DNA of 64,000 nucleotides from Nostoc sp. DedSLP01 (GCA_034530875.2 JAVRCJ020000010.1:160001-224000); one strand, 5' to 3'. Shown: positions 26,691-38,600, numbered from the stretch's first letter. Notes: a model not told the origin generated them from the letters alone. Numbers and translations are program-made.

Positions 26691-29600
26691 TTATTCAACT
26701 TCAGTTACTATCTCAATTACTTTTCGCTTAACTCTACTTAATTTTTGTTGATGTTTCTCTTTTCGCTTTTCTTCTTGATTCAACTGATATTCTTTATCTG
26801 CTTTGATAATAATTTTTTCTAGTTCGTTTAAATTTATATGAGGATTAGCAACAATTTGAGACAAGATTAGCTCAAAATTATTTACTAATCGGCTTGTGCT
26901 ACTAGCATCAAATAAATCTTTGTTATATTTCAATAACCCAACTATTCCTTGCTCTGTATCGTTTAATTCTAGAAGTAGATCGAATCTTGTTACCGTATTT
27001 TCTAAAACATCCAAACTAGTCAAAGTCAAATCTGAAAGTACCAAAGGATGTGTAGGAGTATTTTGGAGGATAAATTTAACCTGAAATAAAGGAGTTTGGC
27101 TGAAGTCTCTTTTAGGATTAAGAGCAGTAACTAGTTGTTCAAATGGTAAATCTTGGTGAGTATATGCTTCTAGGCAAACTTTACGTATGTGTTGCAAAAA
27201 ATCGGTAAAATTAGGGTTGCCGTATAAGCTACTACGTAACACTAATTGATTAACAAAAAAACCAATTAAACTCTCTATTTCTATTTGATTTCGGTTAGCT
27301 ATATCAGTACCAACAACAATATCTTTATCACCTGTATACCAAGATAATAAAACTTTAAACGTTCCAAGTAACGTCATAAATAACGTCGTACCTAGACTGT
27401 TACTTAGCTTTTTAATTTCTTGGGATAATGTGTGAGACAGTATTAAAGTTTGTCTCCCTTCCAGAAATGTTTTCGCTTCGCCAACTTGAGGAATTGTAGG
27501 TAATTGTAAAACTGGTAAATTCTCTCCTAATTGTTTTTTCCAATATGTAACTAAGGTATCCAATAACTCACCCTGTAAGTACTTTCTTTGCCAAGCGGCA
27601 AAGTCTGCATACTGGATATTTATCTCTGGAAGCGGTGAAGGCAGATCGTGAGAAAAAGCTTCATAAAGTGCTGACAGTTCTCGAATAAGTACTCCTTCTG
27701 ACCAGCCATCAAAGATAATATGATGCATAGTCACTAATAAAATATGTTTCCTAGCTTCCAAGCGTAAAAGAGTTAGCCTTAACAATGGAGCTTGTGTTAA
27801 ATCAAACGGTTGTTGGTAATTTGCTAGTCTTATAGCTTGTATTTGTGTTTCATGCTCGCTGTCAGGTAAATGTCCTAAATCTACTATTGTTAGGGGTATC
27901 TTTAAAGCAGAAGCAATGATTTGGGCCGGTTGACCATTTACAATCTGTAAGGATGTTCGTAAAATTTCATGTCTGCGTACTATTTCATTAATACTTTTCT
28001 CTAAAGCTTTGACATTGAGTAAGCCTTCTAACAGCACTGCACTAGAACCATTGTAAATATATGATTTTGGATCTAGTTGATGTAAAAACCACAATCTCTG
28101 CTGTGCAAAAGATAGCGGTAATTCTATCTCTCGGGAAACTCGTTCAATTGGTGGCAGTGAATTAAATATTAACTGTTTATCTTCGATATTTTTGGATAAT
28201 TTTGCTATTGTCGGCGATTCAAAAATTCGGCGCAACGGTAACTCGATATCAAAATTTTTATTAATCCGAGATATAACTTGGGTTGCTAAGAGTGAGTGTC
28301 CGCCCAATTCAAAAAAGTTGTCGTTGATTCCTAACTTTTCTAAGTCAAGTACTTGCATCCAAATCATCGCCAGTTGTTTTTCGATGGCGGTTTGAGGTGC
28401 AACAAAGTTGTCTGCAAATTCTGAAAGTATTGTATCAAGCGCAGGTAGGGCTTTTCGGTCTACTTTACCATTTGGTGTAAGTGGAAGTGTTTCTAAGATG
28501 ACAAAATTTGTTGGCATCATGTAGCTTGGCAACTTTGACTCCAAAAAGCTACGGACTTGTGAAATTATTAATTTTTGTTCGTTTTCAGCAACTAAATAAG
28601 CGACTATTCTTTGAGAATCTACTGCATCTTTGCGTACTATAACTACAGCTTGTTGAACTCCAGAGTGTTGGTTGAGGAGTGCTTCAATTTCTTGTAATTC
28701 AATACGAAAACCACGAACTTTGACTTGATTATCAATACGACCGATATATTCGATTTCTCCATTTGGTAAATAGCGGGCTAAATCTCCTGTTTTATACAAA
28801 CGCCCAGGTTTTTGACTAAATGGATTTGGTATAAAATTCTGTGCCGTCAACTGTGGACGGTTAAAATAACCTCGTGCAAGTCCATCCCCACCAATATGCA
28901 ATTGACCTGGTACACCCACAGGAACCAACCGATCGTATTCGTCTAAAATGTAAAATTGCGTATTAGCGATCGCACCACTAATCGATATAGTCCTATTGTC
29001 AGTTTCTACCTGAGATGCTGCCGACCAAATAGTAGTTTCTGTGGGGCCGTACATATTCCACAAAGACCCACACCGATGCAATAATTGATTGGCTAACTGT
29101 TCAGGTAAAGCTTCTCCACCACAAAGAATTTTTAATTCCTCGTTACCACTCCAGCCTGCTGTTAAAAGTAGTTGCCAAGTCGCCGGTGTTGCTTGCATAA
29201 CTGTCGCTTTGGAATCAGTTATTTTTGCAGACAATTCAATTCCATCAGCAGCTACTTCGCGGCTCACAATTACCACACGACCACCAACTATGATTGGTAG
29301 AAAAAGTTCTAACGCTGCAATATCAAAGGAATATGTTGTAACTGCAACTAATGTATCTTCCTGAGTTAAACCTGGCGTTTCTTTCATGGAGTACAAAAAG
29401 TTGCTTAAAGCACTGTGAGGAATTTGTACGCCTTTTGGTTTGCCTGTTGAACCAGAGGTATAGATGACATAAGCTAGGTTGTCAAGAGAAAGTTTGGATA
29501 ATAAATTCTCTTGATTTTCTTGGGCAATGTTGTGCCAATCTGCATCTAAACAAATGATTTTAGCTTCATTGTGTGGTATTGCTCCTAAAAGTGATGTTTG

Positions 29601-31415
29601 AGTTAGTAATACTGGGGCTTGAGTTTCTTCTAAAATAAATGCTAATCGCTCAATTGGATAACTCGGGTCTAGTGGAATATATGCTCCGCCTGCTTTGAGG
29701 ATTCCCAACAGCCCGATTAGCATATTTAGGGAACGCTCTACACAAATCCCCACCAATACCTCTGGTTTTACTCCCAGTTGTTGTAAATAATGCCCTAGTT
29801 GATTTGTTCTATTGTTGAGTTCGCGGTAGGTTAATTGTTGGTCTTCAAACACCACCGCTACAGCATCGGGTGTTTTTTCTACTTGCGCTTCAAATAACTC
29901 ATGAATGCACTGTTGAGCATATTCAACTTCTGTATCATTCCACTCCACAAGCAATAGCTGTCGCTCAATATCTGTTAACAGTGGTAACTCTGATAAAAGC
30001 TGCTTTGGATTAGTAACAATTCCTTCTAGCAAAGTCTGCAAATGTCCGAGCATTCTTTGTATAGAGCTTTCATCAAATAAATCAGTGTTGTATTCTAAAT
30101 TCCCTAATAAACCATGAATAGTTTCAGTTAAATATAGAGTTAGATCTAACTTGGCAGTATCGCTATTGCTTTCTAAGAAATTTAAAGTTAAACCAGGCAA
30201 CTCTAAGGCAGATATCGGCGCATTCTGAAGCACAAACATCACTTGAAATAGTGGTGTATGACTTAAGTCTCGCTGTGGTTGCAGTTCTTCAACTAACAAC
30301 TCAAAAGGCAAATCTTGATGGGCGTAAGCTCCTAAAGCTACTTCCCGCACTCGTTTTAGTAACTCTTCAAAGCTGGGATTTCCTGCTAAGTTAGTCCGCA
30401 ATACTAAGGTATTGACAAAAACTCCAATTAACCCTTCTATTTCTGCTCTGTTACGGTTAGCGATGGGCGAACCGACAACAATATCTTCGCTGCCTGTGTA
30501 ACGCCATAATAATGTTTGGAAAGCTGCCAATAGAGTTATAAATAATGTACTTCCTTGTTGTCTGCTGAATTTATTTAAGGAAAAAGAGAGTTTATCCGAT
30601 AGTTTGAATGAGTAAGTCGAACCGCGATAAGTTTGAATTGCTGGTCTTGGACGGTCAGTAGGTAATTCTAATACTTTTGGCGCATTCTTTAACTGCTCAA
30701 GCCAATAAGATAGTTGAGTTTTGAGTACTTCTGTTTGCAGCCATTGTCGTTGCCAAGCTGCGAAGTCTACATACTGTATTGGTAGCGCAGGTAATGGTGA
30801 GGGCTGTCCATTACAAAAAGCTTGATAAAGTGTTGCCAACTCCCGCGCTAGTACATCGATTGACCAACCATCAGAGACGATATGGTGCATTGTCAATAAT
30901 AAGATGTGTTCTTGTTGATCGAGACGTAATAGTTTCACTCTCAGCAGTAAGTCGCTTTTGAGATTGAAAGGTTTTTGTGCTTCTTGAGTAGCTTGTTTTT
31001 TGACTTCTGCTTCTTGTCGATCTAAAGATAAATCGCTAATATCGAGTATTGGTAATATTAAAGATATCGCTTCCGAAATTACAGCGATCGCCTGTCCTTC
31101 TTTTGTTTCAAAATTTGTTCGCAGGGCTTCATGGCGGTTGATAATTTCGTTAAAACTTTGTTCTAGCGCCTTAACATTCAATTGCCCCTCTAGGCGAACA
31201 GCAGCAGGCATATTGTAAAAGGGACTATCTGGTTCTAATTGAGCGAGGAAGTATAAGCGTTCTTGAGCGAATGAGAGTTTATAAAAATCATTCTCTACGA
31301 TACGAAGAATAGTTCCAATTTTTGAAGTGTTTATCCCCTTTTTTTGGAGTAGCAGCTTAAAAAGCTCTTGTTTTTCTGAGGGAAAATTACCTCTATGTGT
31401 CGATGATTCAGCCAT
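26691..31415 (-). CDS. NRPS C-A(Gly)-PCP-C
   Basis: MHHIVSDGWS, code DILQLGMIWK, GGHSL, terminal C domain MHHIIFDGWS. Confidence 0.95.
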   Translation of the reverse strand: MAESSTHRGNFPSEKQELFKLLLQKKGINTSKIGTILRIVENDFYKLSFAQERLYFLAQLEPDSPFYNMPAAVRLEGQLNVKALEQSFNEIINRHEALRTNFETKEGQAIAVISEAISLILPILDISDLSLDRQEAEVKKQATQEAQKPFNLKSDLLLRVKLLRLDQQEHILLLTMHHIVSDGWSIDVLARELATLYQAFCNGQPSPLPALPIQYVDFAAWQRQWLQTEVLKTQLSYWLEQLKNAPKVLELPTDRPRPAIQTYRGSTYSFKLSDKLSFSLNKFSRQQGSTLFITLLAAFQTLLWRYTGSEDIVVGSPIANRNRAEIEGLIGVFVNTLVLRTNLAGNPSFEELLKRVREVALGAYAHQDLPFELLVEELQPQRDLSHTPLFQVMFVLQNAPISALELPGLTLNFLESNSDTAKLDLTLYLTETIHGLLGNLEYNTDLFDESSIQRMLGHLQTLLEGIVTNPKQLLSELPLLTDIERQLLLVEWNDTEVEYAQQCIHELFEAQVEKTPDAVAVVFEDQQLTYRELNNRTNQLGHYLQQLGVKPEVLVGICVERSLNMLIGLLGILKAGGAYIPLDPSYPIERLAFILEETQAPVLLTQTSLLGAIPHNEAKIICLDADWHNIAQENQENLLSKLSLDNLAYVIYTSGSTGKPKGVQIPHSALSNFLYSMKETPGLTQEDTLVAVTTYSFDIAALELFLPIIVGGRVVIVSREVAADGIELSAKITDSKATVMQATPATWQLLLTAGWSGNEELKILCGGEALPEQLANQLLHRCGSLWNMYGPTETTIWSAASQVETDNRTISISGAIANTQFYILDEYDRLVPVGVPGQLHIGGDGLARGYFNRPQLTAQNFIPNPFSQKPGRLYKTGDLARYLPNGEIEYIGRIDNQVKVRGFRIELQEIEALLNQHSGVQQAVVIVRKDAVDSQRIVAYLVAENEQKLIISQVRSFLESKLPSYMMPTNFVILETLPLTPNGKVDRKALPALDTILSEFADNFVAPQTAIEKQLAMIWMQVLDLEKLGINDNFFELGGHSLLATQVISRINKNFDIELPLRRIFESPTIAKLSKNIEDKQLIFNSLPPIERVSREIELPLSFAQQRLWFLHQLDPKSYIYNGSSAVLLEGLLNVKALEKSINEIVRRHEILRTSLQIVNGQPAQIIASALKIPLTIVDLGHLPDSEHETQIQAIRLANYQQPFDLTQAPLLRLTLLRLEARKHILLVTMHHIIFDGWSEGVLIRELSALYEAFSHDLPSPLPEINIQYADFAAWQRKYLQGELLDTLVTYWKKQLGENLPVLQLPTIPQVGEAKTFLEGRQTLILSHTLSQEIKKLSNSLGTTLFMTLLGTFKVLLSWYTGDKDIVVGTDIANRNQIEIESLIGFFVNQLVLRSSLYGNPNFTDFLQHIRKVCLEAYTHQDLPFEQLVTALNPKRDFSQTPLFQVKFILQNTPTHPLVLSDLTLTSLDVLENTVTRFDLLLELNDTEQGIVGLLKYNKDLFDASSTSRLVNNFELILSQIVANPHINLNELEKIIIKADKEYQLNQEEKRKEKHQQKLSRVKRKVIEIVTEVE

Positions 31416-31430
31416 ATTTTAACCTCACTT

Positions 31431-32273
31431 CTACGCCAAGCTTTCAATCAATAAAGCATTCTCTGATAGAGGTTCTATTGGTCGATAATCACGGCTTACA
31501 AGAAACTCCGGTCGGGGATTTGGTACAGGTAAAGGAATATTTTCAATACTGTTGTAAGTAACAATTACAACTGCTCTGTCAAACGGAGATATGTTACTCG
31601 GTGAAGCATGAACAATATTGCTATCAAATAATAGCACTGAGCCTGCCGAAGCTTTGATAGAGCAAATTCCATACTTTAATACTAAATCAGCAACCAACTC
31701 TTTATTAAGAGAATACTTTAGTTTTGCACTAAAATTTGACATCCATGCCGGACGTTCTGTTTTAGCTATAGGCTGATTGCTTGTATTTGGGTCTACAATT
31801 TCAATCATCCCTTCCTTGTGTGAACCAGGAATCACAAATAGTGGTCCGTTAAATTCATTCATGTCATCCAATAATACAAGGGCATTCACCACTCGTGGTG
31901 TTGGCAAACCATCTTCTTTACGCCAAAAAATGTAGTCTTGATGCCATTCCCAAATGTCTCCCCTAAATGCAGCCTTCGCATTAATTTTGAACTGGTAGAT
32001 ATAAACTTTGCTGCCAAGAAGCTGCATTGCAGGTTTAACTAGCTGTGGATGTTGAGATAAACGTTGAAAAATCTCATCTGTGCTATGTACTCCATGCACT
32101 GCTCGCACAGTCTTTCCCTCTTCTTCAAGAATCCTTTTTGAGGTTTCTTGAGAAAAGATTAGAGGTAACTTAAGGTTCATTCTATTAACTTCTGCTTGAG
32201 AAAAACATTCGGGTAGCAAGACAAAACCATTGTCTTCATAAATTTGAATTTGCTCTTTTGTCAAATACATCAT
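31431..32273 (-). CDS. PhyH/EctD-family 2OG dioxygenase, closely resembling L-proline trans-4-hydroxylase
   Basis: GKTVRAVHG, YQFKINAK, WHQDYIFW..EDG, NGPLFVIPGSH, IVHAS..N.SP, PRPEFL match my recollection of actinobacterial proline trans-4-hydroxylase. Confidence 0.8.
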   Translation of the reverse strand: MMYLTKEQIQIYEDNGFVLLPECFSQAEVNRMNLKLPLIFSQETSKRILEEEGKTVRAVHGVHSTDEIFQRLSQHPQLVKPAMQLLGSKVYIYQFKINAKAAFRGDIWEWHQDYIFWRKEDGLPTPRVVNALVLLDDMNEFNGPLFVIPGSHKEGMIEIVDPNTSNQPIAKTERPAWMSNFSAKLKYSLNKELVADLVLKYGICSIKASAGSVLLFDSNIVHASPSNISPFDRAVVIVTYNSIENIPLPVPNPRPEFLVSRDYRPIEPLSENALLIESLA

Positions 32274-32373
32274 TAGTTTTTTGAACGTTATTTAGTAAGT
32301 CAATAAATTTCCATCAATTTCTTTTTAACTAAAAAGTTGATAATGCTTCAGCTGAATCTGTACAGCAAACTCT

Positions 32374-35300
32374 TTAGTTTGACTCATTTTTTAATTTTTC
32401 AATCTCACTTTTTTCTTGAGAAAGTATTTTTTTTACTTCGTCGGTCGGGATTTGTTCCAATTCTTTCCACGTTCGAGCAATTTCTTCGACAACTTCGTGA
32501 GTACCCCAGATTTGCGTGACTGTATTAACCAAACCTTCTATCGTAGGTGATTTAAACAAACTACGTATAGGTAGCTCTACTTGGAAGACTTGCCTAATCT
32601 GGGAAATAACTCGTGTTGTCATTAGTGAATGACCTCCTAACTCAAAGAAATTATCGTATATGCCCACTTTTTCAATACCAAGAACTTTTCCCCATATCTG
32701 TGCCATTATTTCCTCTGCCGCAGTTCGAGGTGCGGTAAAAGTTCTTTCTAGTTCAGGTTGTGTAAAGTTTGGTATTGGCAATGCTCGACGATTCACCTTG
32801 CCATTAGGTGTCAGTGGTAGTGCCTCCAAGAATATAAATGCTGATGGCACCATATAATTAGGTAATTTATCGTGCAATAAACAGCGCAATTCAGTACCTA
32901 TGGAAGTTGATTCATCGTTAGACACCACATAGGCGACTAAACGCTTGTTGTCTGCTTCATCTTTGCGATCAAGGACAACTACTTCTCTTACAGCTGGATG
33001 CTGGCTTAGTACTGCTTCAATTTCTCCGAGTTCAATGCGGAAACCACGAATTTTAACTTGGTCGTCAATACGCCCTAGATATTCAATATTACCATCGGGC
33101 AGATATCGGGCTAAATCCCCCGTTTTATACAAACGGGCATCAGGTTTGTTACTAATGGGATCGGGTATAAATTTTTCTGCTGTTAAATCCGGTCGATTTA
33201 AATAGCCTTGTGCTAAAGAAACCCCACCTATATAAAGTTCTCCACTAACTCCAAGCGGTACAGGATTAAATTGTCGATCTAATATGTAGATTTGAGTATT
33301 AGCAATGGGTTTACCAATAGAAGGATAGAATGTCCACTCATCAGGATTGTTCTCTAGACTTAAAGCAGTTACTACATGAGTTTCTGATGGTCCATAGTGG
33401 TTGTGTAAGGAACAATGCTTCAAGAATTTGAATAGTTTGATGATAGGTTGAGTAATTTGTAATTGCTCGCCTGTAGTAGTAATTTCTCTAAGAGTGCCCA
33501 ACAGTTGAGTATGTAAGGGAGTAATGCCTTGCTCATCTACCAATTCGGCTAGTAACTTTAGCACAACAACTGGGAGAATCATTTTTTCAATTGCTTTATA
33601 TGAAAGAAATTGCCCTAAGCGAACAGCATCCATTCGTAAATTTTCTGAAAGGATGAACAAAGTACCGCCAGTACCCCAGGTAGCAAATATCTCATGAAAG
33701 CTAGCATCGAAGCTCAAAGAGGCAAACTGAAGGGTACGCGCCCCTGTGTAGAGACATGAAAAATGCCATTGGAGGAGATTCATTAAAGAACGTTGGGGTA
33801 AACAAATACCTTTAGGCCTACCTGTGGAACCAGATGTGTAAATTACATACGCTAAGTTGGCAATTGTAACACCGTTGACTAAGTTTTCTTCGCTGGTATT
33901 GGCTATATTTTCCCAGTCTTTGTCCAAGCAGATGACACGCGCTTTGTTCTCCGGAAGCTGCTCAAATAGCGACTCTTGGGTTAATAGTACAGATACCTGT
34001 GTATCCTCCAGCATGAATGCTATACGTTCTTGTGGATATGCTGGATCTATTGGGACATACGCGCCACCGGCTTTGAGAATCCCCAACACTCCGATCGCCA
34101 TATCGAGCGATCGCTCTACATAAATCCCCACCAATACTTCTGGTTTTACTCCCAGTTGTTGTAAGTAATGCGCTAATTGATTCGCTTTGGCGTTCAGTTC
34201 TCGATAGGTTAATTGCTCATTTTCAAACACCACCGCCACAGCATCGGGTGTTTTTTCTACTTGCGCTTCAAATAACTCATGAATGCAATCTTGAGGATAC
34301 TCAACTTGCGTATCATTCCACTCTACAAGCAACTGATGTCGCTCAATTTCTGTTAAAAGCGACAACTCACAAAGGCGCTGCTGTGGATTAGCGACTATAC
34401 CCTCTAGCAAAGTCTGTAAATGCCCTAGCATTCGAGCGATACTATCAGTGTCGAAGCGATCGCCATCATCATAACTAATTTTGAGCGATAACTCTTCACC
34501 AGGAATTACAGTTAGCCTAATAGGGTAATTAGTCTTTTCAAAGCTATGAAAACCCTTAATTTCTAAATTAATATTCTGTTGCCGTAATGAAGCATCAATA
34601 GGATAGTTCTCAAAAACTACAATACTCTCAAACAAAGATAAATCTTTAGGAACTTCGCTCCATTCTTGGATTTTTACTAACGGACTATACTCGTATTGAC
34701 GTGCTTCAACTAGTTGATTTTTAATTTTCTCAAGCCAAGGCAAAAGAAATTCTTCGGGTGATATTTGTACTCGAATCGGCAGTGTGTTGATTAACAGACC
34801 TACCATAGACTCAACTTTCGCTAAAGTCGGAGGACGCCCAGAAGTTACCGCCCCAAAAACTACATCCTCCTGACCGCTGTAGCGGCTCAATAGTAAAGCC
34901 CAAGCTCCCTGTACTATGGTATTTAGCGTTAGCTGATATTGCTTTGCTAGAGATTGCAGCTTTGCTGTTGTGGCTACAGAAAGCTTAACTTCTCGCTCCA
35001 TAGAGGCATCGATTTGAGCCAGTAATTTTCTCGCTCCTTTATTTACTGATAGCTGTGTTGGAGTCGTAAAACCTTTAAGTGTCTGTCGCCAGAAAGTCTC
35101 AGCCTCAGATAGGTTTTCTTGCTGTAACCAGACAATATAATCCCGATATGGGCGAATGGGTTCTAAGTTGACATTTTGACCATTGCTGAAAGCTTTATAA
35201 CAATCAAAAACTTCCTTCAGAACCAATGCAATAGACCACCCATCCAACAATATATGATGATGGCTCCAAGTAAAGTTATAGGAAATATCCGAAAGTTGAA

Positions 35301-35691
35301 TGAGTGTCAGGCGCATCAATGGCGGCTGCGTCAGTTCAAAGCCTCTAGAAAGATCGCTTTGCCAAAAAAGTTCTAATTTTTGTTGTTGTTCTTCTGATGA
35401 GAGATGCTGCCAATCATACTCTTGCCAAGGTAGTACTACCTGTCGATGCACAATTTGTACTGGTTCTTTTAAGCCTTCCCAAACAAAGCTAGTTCGTAAA
35501 ATTGCATGTCGTTCTATAACATACTGCCATGCACGATGGAATTCTCTAATGTTAAGCTTTCCTTCGAGAGTCCAACTCAATTGTTCAAAATAAACGCCAG
35601 ATTCCGGGGCTGCCAAACTATGAAAGAGAATGCCCTGTTGCATGGGCGATAGAGGATAAAATTCTTGAATATTTTTGTTTTTTACACTCAT
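32374..35691 (-). CDS. NRPS C(DCL)-A(Pro-like)-PCP
   Basis: Start MSVKNKNIQEFYPLSPMQQG just after the upstream stop. WSHHHILLDGWS, HNHYGPSETHVVT, code DAHITTHVVK. Confidence 0.92.
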   Translation of the reverse strand: MSVKNKNIQEFYPLSPMQQGILFHSLAAPESGVYFEQLSWTLEGKLNIREFHRAWQYVIERHAILRTSFVWEGLKEPVQIVHRQVVLPWQEYDWQHLSSEEQQQKLELFWQSDLSRGFELTQPPLMRLTLIQLSDISYNFTWSHHHILLDGWSIALVLKEVFDCYKAFSNGQNVNLEPIRPYRDYIVWLQQENLSEAETFWRQTLKGFTTPTQLSVNKGARKLLAQIDASMEREVKLSVATTAKLQSLAKQYQLTLNTIVQGAWALLLSRYSGQEDVVFGAVTSGRPPTLAKVESMVGLLINTLPIRVQISPEEFLLPWLEKIKNQLVEARQYEYSPLVKIQEWSEVPKDLSLFESIVVFENYPIDASLRQQNINLEIKGFHSFEKTNYPIRLTVIPGEELSLKISYDDGDRFDTDSIARMLGHLQTLLEGIVANPQQRLCELSLLTEIERHQLLVEWNDTQVEYPQDCIHELFEAQVEKTPDAVAVVFENEQLTYRELNAKANQLAHYLQQLGVKPEVLVGIYVERSLDMAIGVLGILKAGGAYVPIDPAYPQERIAFMLEDTQVSVLLTQESLFEQLPENKARVICLDKDWENIANTSEENLVNGVTIANLAYVIYTSGSTGRPKGICLPQRSLMNLLQWHFSCLYTGARTLQFASLSFDASFHEIFATWGTGGTLFILSENLRMDAVRLGQFLSYKAIEKMILPVVVLKLLAELVDEQGITPLHTQLLGTLREITTTGEQLQITQPIIKLFKFLKHCSLHNHYGPSETHVVTALSLENNPDEWTFYPSIGKPIANTQIYILDRQFNPVPLGVSGELYIGGVSLAQGYLNRPDLTAEKFIPDPISNKPDARLYKTGDLARYLPDGNIEYLGRIDDQVKIRGFRIELGEIEAVLSQHPAVREVVVLDRKDEADNKRLVAYVVSNDESTSIGTELRCLLHDKLPNYMVPSAFIFLEALPLTPNGKVNRRALPIPNFTQPELERTFTAPRTAAEEIMAQIWGKVLGIEKVGIYDNFFELGGHSLMTTRVISQIRQVFQVELPIRSLFKSPTIEGLVNTVTQIWGTHEVVEEIARTWKELEQIPTDEVKKILSQEKSEIEKLKNESN

Positions 35692-35692
35692 C

Positions 35693-38600
35693 TTACATAT
35701 CTCCCATAGCTGCTGTAATGGCGTCGAGATCCGCTTGATCCCATTGGCTTTGCTTAAACTCAGCGAAATCCGAAGGAGTAAAACCACCTGCATCGTAAGA
35801 CTGACAATGAGCAATCAGCGATCGCAATGCCTCAATAAACCTTTGAGCGAGTGCTTCAATCGTGCTTTGTCGATGGAACTGATTGCTGTAAGTCCAACTT
35901 ATTTCCAGATATCCCTGATAAATACCGGCGTTAATTTCTAATAAGTGAGTTCGTTTATTTCGTAAACTGCGATTTGCATCACTTGCACCCTGGACTAAGC
36001 TAAATAAAGATGATTCTGATAAAAGGCGATCGAACTGTCCTAAATAGTTAAAAATAACTTCAGCTTTTAATGAAGAAAGTTGTTTGTTTATTTCCTGATT
36101 ACGACTCAGATAGCGTAGTAATCCATAACCAATACCTTGATTGGGAATTGCTCGTAACTGTTCTTTAATCGATTTCAAAGCTTTTCCTAAATCATTGGTA
36201 TTTTCCAGATTTAGATGTACCGGAAAAACACTTGTGAACCAACCTACAGTTCTCGATAAATCCACATCCTCAAAGAGTTCTTCTCGTCCATGTCCTTCTA
36301 AATCAATTAGTAGAGAAGTTTCTCCTGTCCACTGGTGAAATATTTGGATAAGTGCTGTTAATAATATATCATTAATTTGTGTCCGATAAGCTGTTGATAC
36401 TTCTTGTAACAAACTTTTAGTTTCTTGTTGAGACAAGGATACTGAAACAATAGAAGCTGTTTCTTCTATATTATTTCCGTCAATAAAATCTCTTGGTATC
36501 GGCGAAACAAATTGATGTTGTGTTGCCAGCCAAAACTCTAGCTCTGAAAGTAGTGCTGAAGATTGAGCATATTTTTGGAGACGGCTAGACCATTCTTTAT
36601 AAGAAGTTGTTTTTGGTAGCAAGTTTATTAATTTGCCCTGACTAATTTGCTGGTAAGCTGTTTGAAAATCTTCAATTAAAATTCGCCAAGAAACAGCATC
36701 AACAACTAAATGGTGAATAATCCAAAGCAAGCGGTTACCTTGATTTACACCCAAGTTAAAAAGAGCAACTTGGAATAAAGGCCCTTGTGACAGATTTAAG
36801 CTTGCCTGTAGTTTAGCAGTTGCTGCTGCGATCGCTACCGCTTGTTTATCTTTTTGCAGCTCTGAAAAATCAAAGCACCTCAGCGGAATCTTATCATCAG
36901 GAGTAGCATTCAGTGCTTGAATACTAAATTCATCTTCTATAAATCGCAAACGTAAAACATCATGATGCTTTTGTAGAAACTCTAAAACTTCCTCTAAAAT
37001 TACAGGGTCAATGTTCTGCTTGCTTTCTAACAAAACTGACTGATTCCAATGGTGTAGTTCTGGTTGCTTTTGTTCAAAAAACCAATGCTGAATCGGTGTT
37101 AGCTCTAGCGAACCAGCCACAGCCATCTGTTCGGCTTGAATTTTTCTAGTTGTTCCAGCTACAACGGCTAATTGAGCGATGGTTTGATGTTGAAATAATT
37201 GCTTGGGAGTTAGATTTAGCCCTATTTGATTAGCTTTAGATATTACTTGCAAGCTCAGTATAGAATCGCCGCCTAATCTAAAAAAGTTGTCGTTTATACC
37301 TACTTTTTCTAACCCTAATACCTCTGCCCAAATAGCAGCCAGCTGTTTTTCAACGGTTGTATTTGCTGCAACAAACGTTTCTTCAAGTTCTGGATGTACT
37401 GTATCGGGAACGGGTAATGCTTTGCGGTCAACTTTACCATTAGGCGTGAGGGGTAGTGCTTCTAATATTACAAAAGCCCCTGGTATCATGTAGCTTGGTA
37501 ACTTTGACTCTAAAAAGCTTTGTAGTTCAGAAATTGTCAGTGTTTGTTCTTTTTGAGGAACTAAATATGCAACTAAACGTTGAGAATTTCCAGAATCTTC
37601 ACGTACTAAAACTACAGTTTTTTTGACTGTTGGGTATTGCTTTATGAGTGCTTCAATTTCACCCAATTCAATCCTGAAACCACGGACTTTTACTTGATAG
37701 TCAATCCGACCAAGGTATTCTATTTCTCCATTGGGTAAATAACGGGCTAAATCGCCTGTTTTGTACAATCTTTCCCCTGGCTGATTTGCGTAGGGGTTGG
37801 GAATAAATTTATCCGCAGTCAGTTCGGGTCGATTTAAATAACCACGCGCTAAACCTGCGCTGCCAATATACAACATACCAGGTACGCCAACAGGAACAGG
37901 TTGATAATTTCGGTCTAACAAATAAATTTGCGTATTATGAATCGGACGACCAATAGGTGGAGTGTTAGTACTACCTTTTTGTATCCAGGCAGAAGTTGAA
38001 TAAGTTGTATCTTCAGAAGGGCCGTAGAGGTTAAAGACCTGTTTTATATTCTCCCGTTGATAAAGTTGTTGTACGAGTTGATTGTCGAGTGGTTCGCCTG
38101 CAATATTAACAGTTTGCACTGATGTGGGAATGCCATCAGTTGTGAGTAACTGTGAAATTACACTTGGAACAGTATTGATTAAAGTTACATTCTCGGCTGC
38201 TGGGAAAGTTGGTAAATATAGTGCATTCTCGATTAACAATACCTTGCCACCACAACACAGAGGAACAAATATCTCAAACACCGAAAGGTCAAAGCAAATC
38301 GAAGTTGATGCTAAAACTCCTTTTTTCGCTTCAAACTCAAAGGTTTTATTTGCCCAATCCAACATTGCAACTGTGCTGCTGTGTTGAATTGCTACACCTT
38401 TGGGTCTGCCTGTCGAACCAGAGGTATAGATGACATAAGCTAGGTTGTCAGGAGAAAGCTGAGATAATAAATTTTCTTTGCTTTGTTGGGCGATATCATA
38501 CCAATCTGCATCTAAACAAACGACTTGGGCTTTGTGTTGCGGCATTGCTTCTACAAGCGAGGCTTGAGTTAGCAGTACTGATACTTGGGCATCTTCTAAA

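Noticed and set aside
14000..32273. Ectoine/hydroxyectoine pathway (EctB-like plus EctD-family genes)
   Set aside because: No ectA or ectC. The genes are 16 kb apart, each beside an A domain (Dab, Pro-like) that explains it
35692..35814. 41 aa N-terminal extension of the second NRPS in the ORF track
   Set aside because: Overlaps the upstream gene; the ATG at 35691 gives a normal COM-acceptor start
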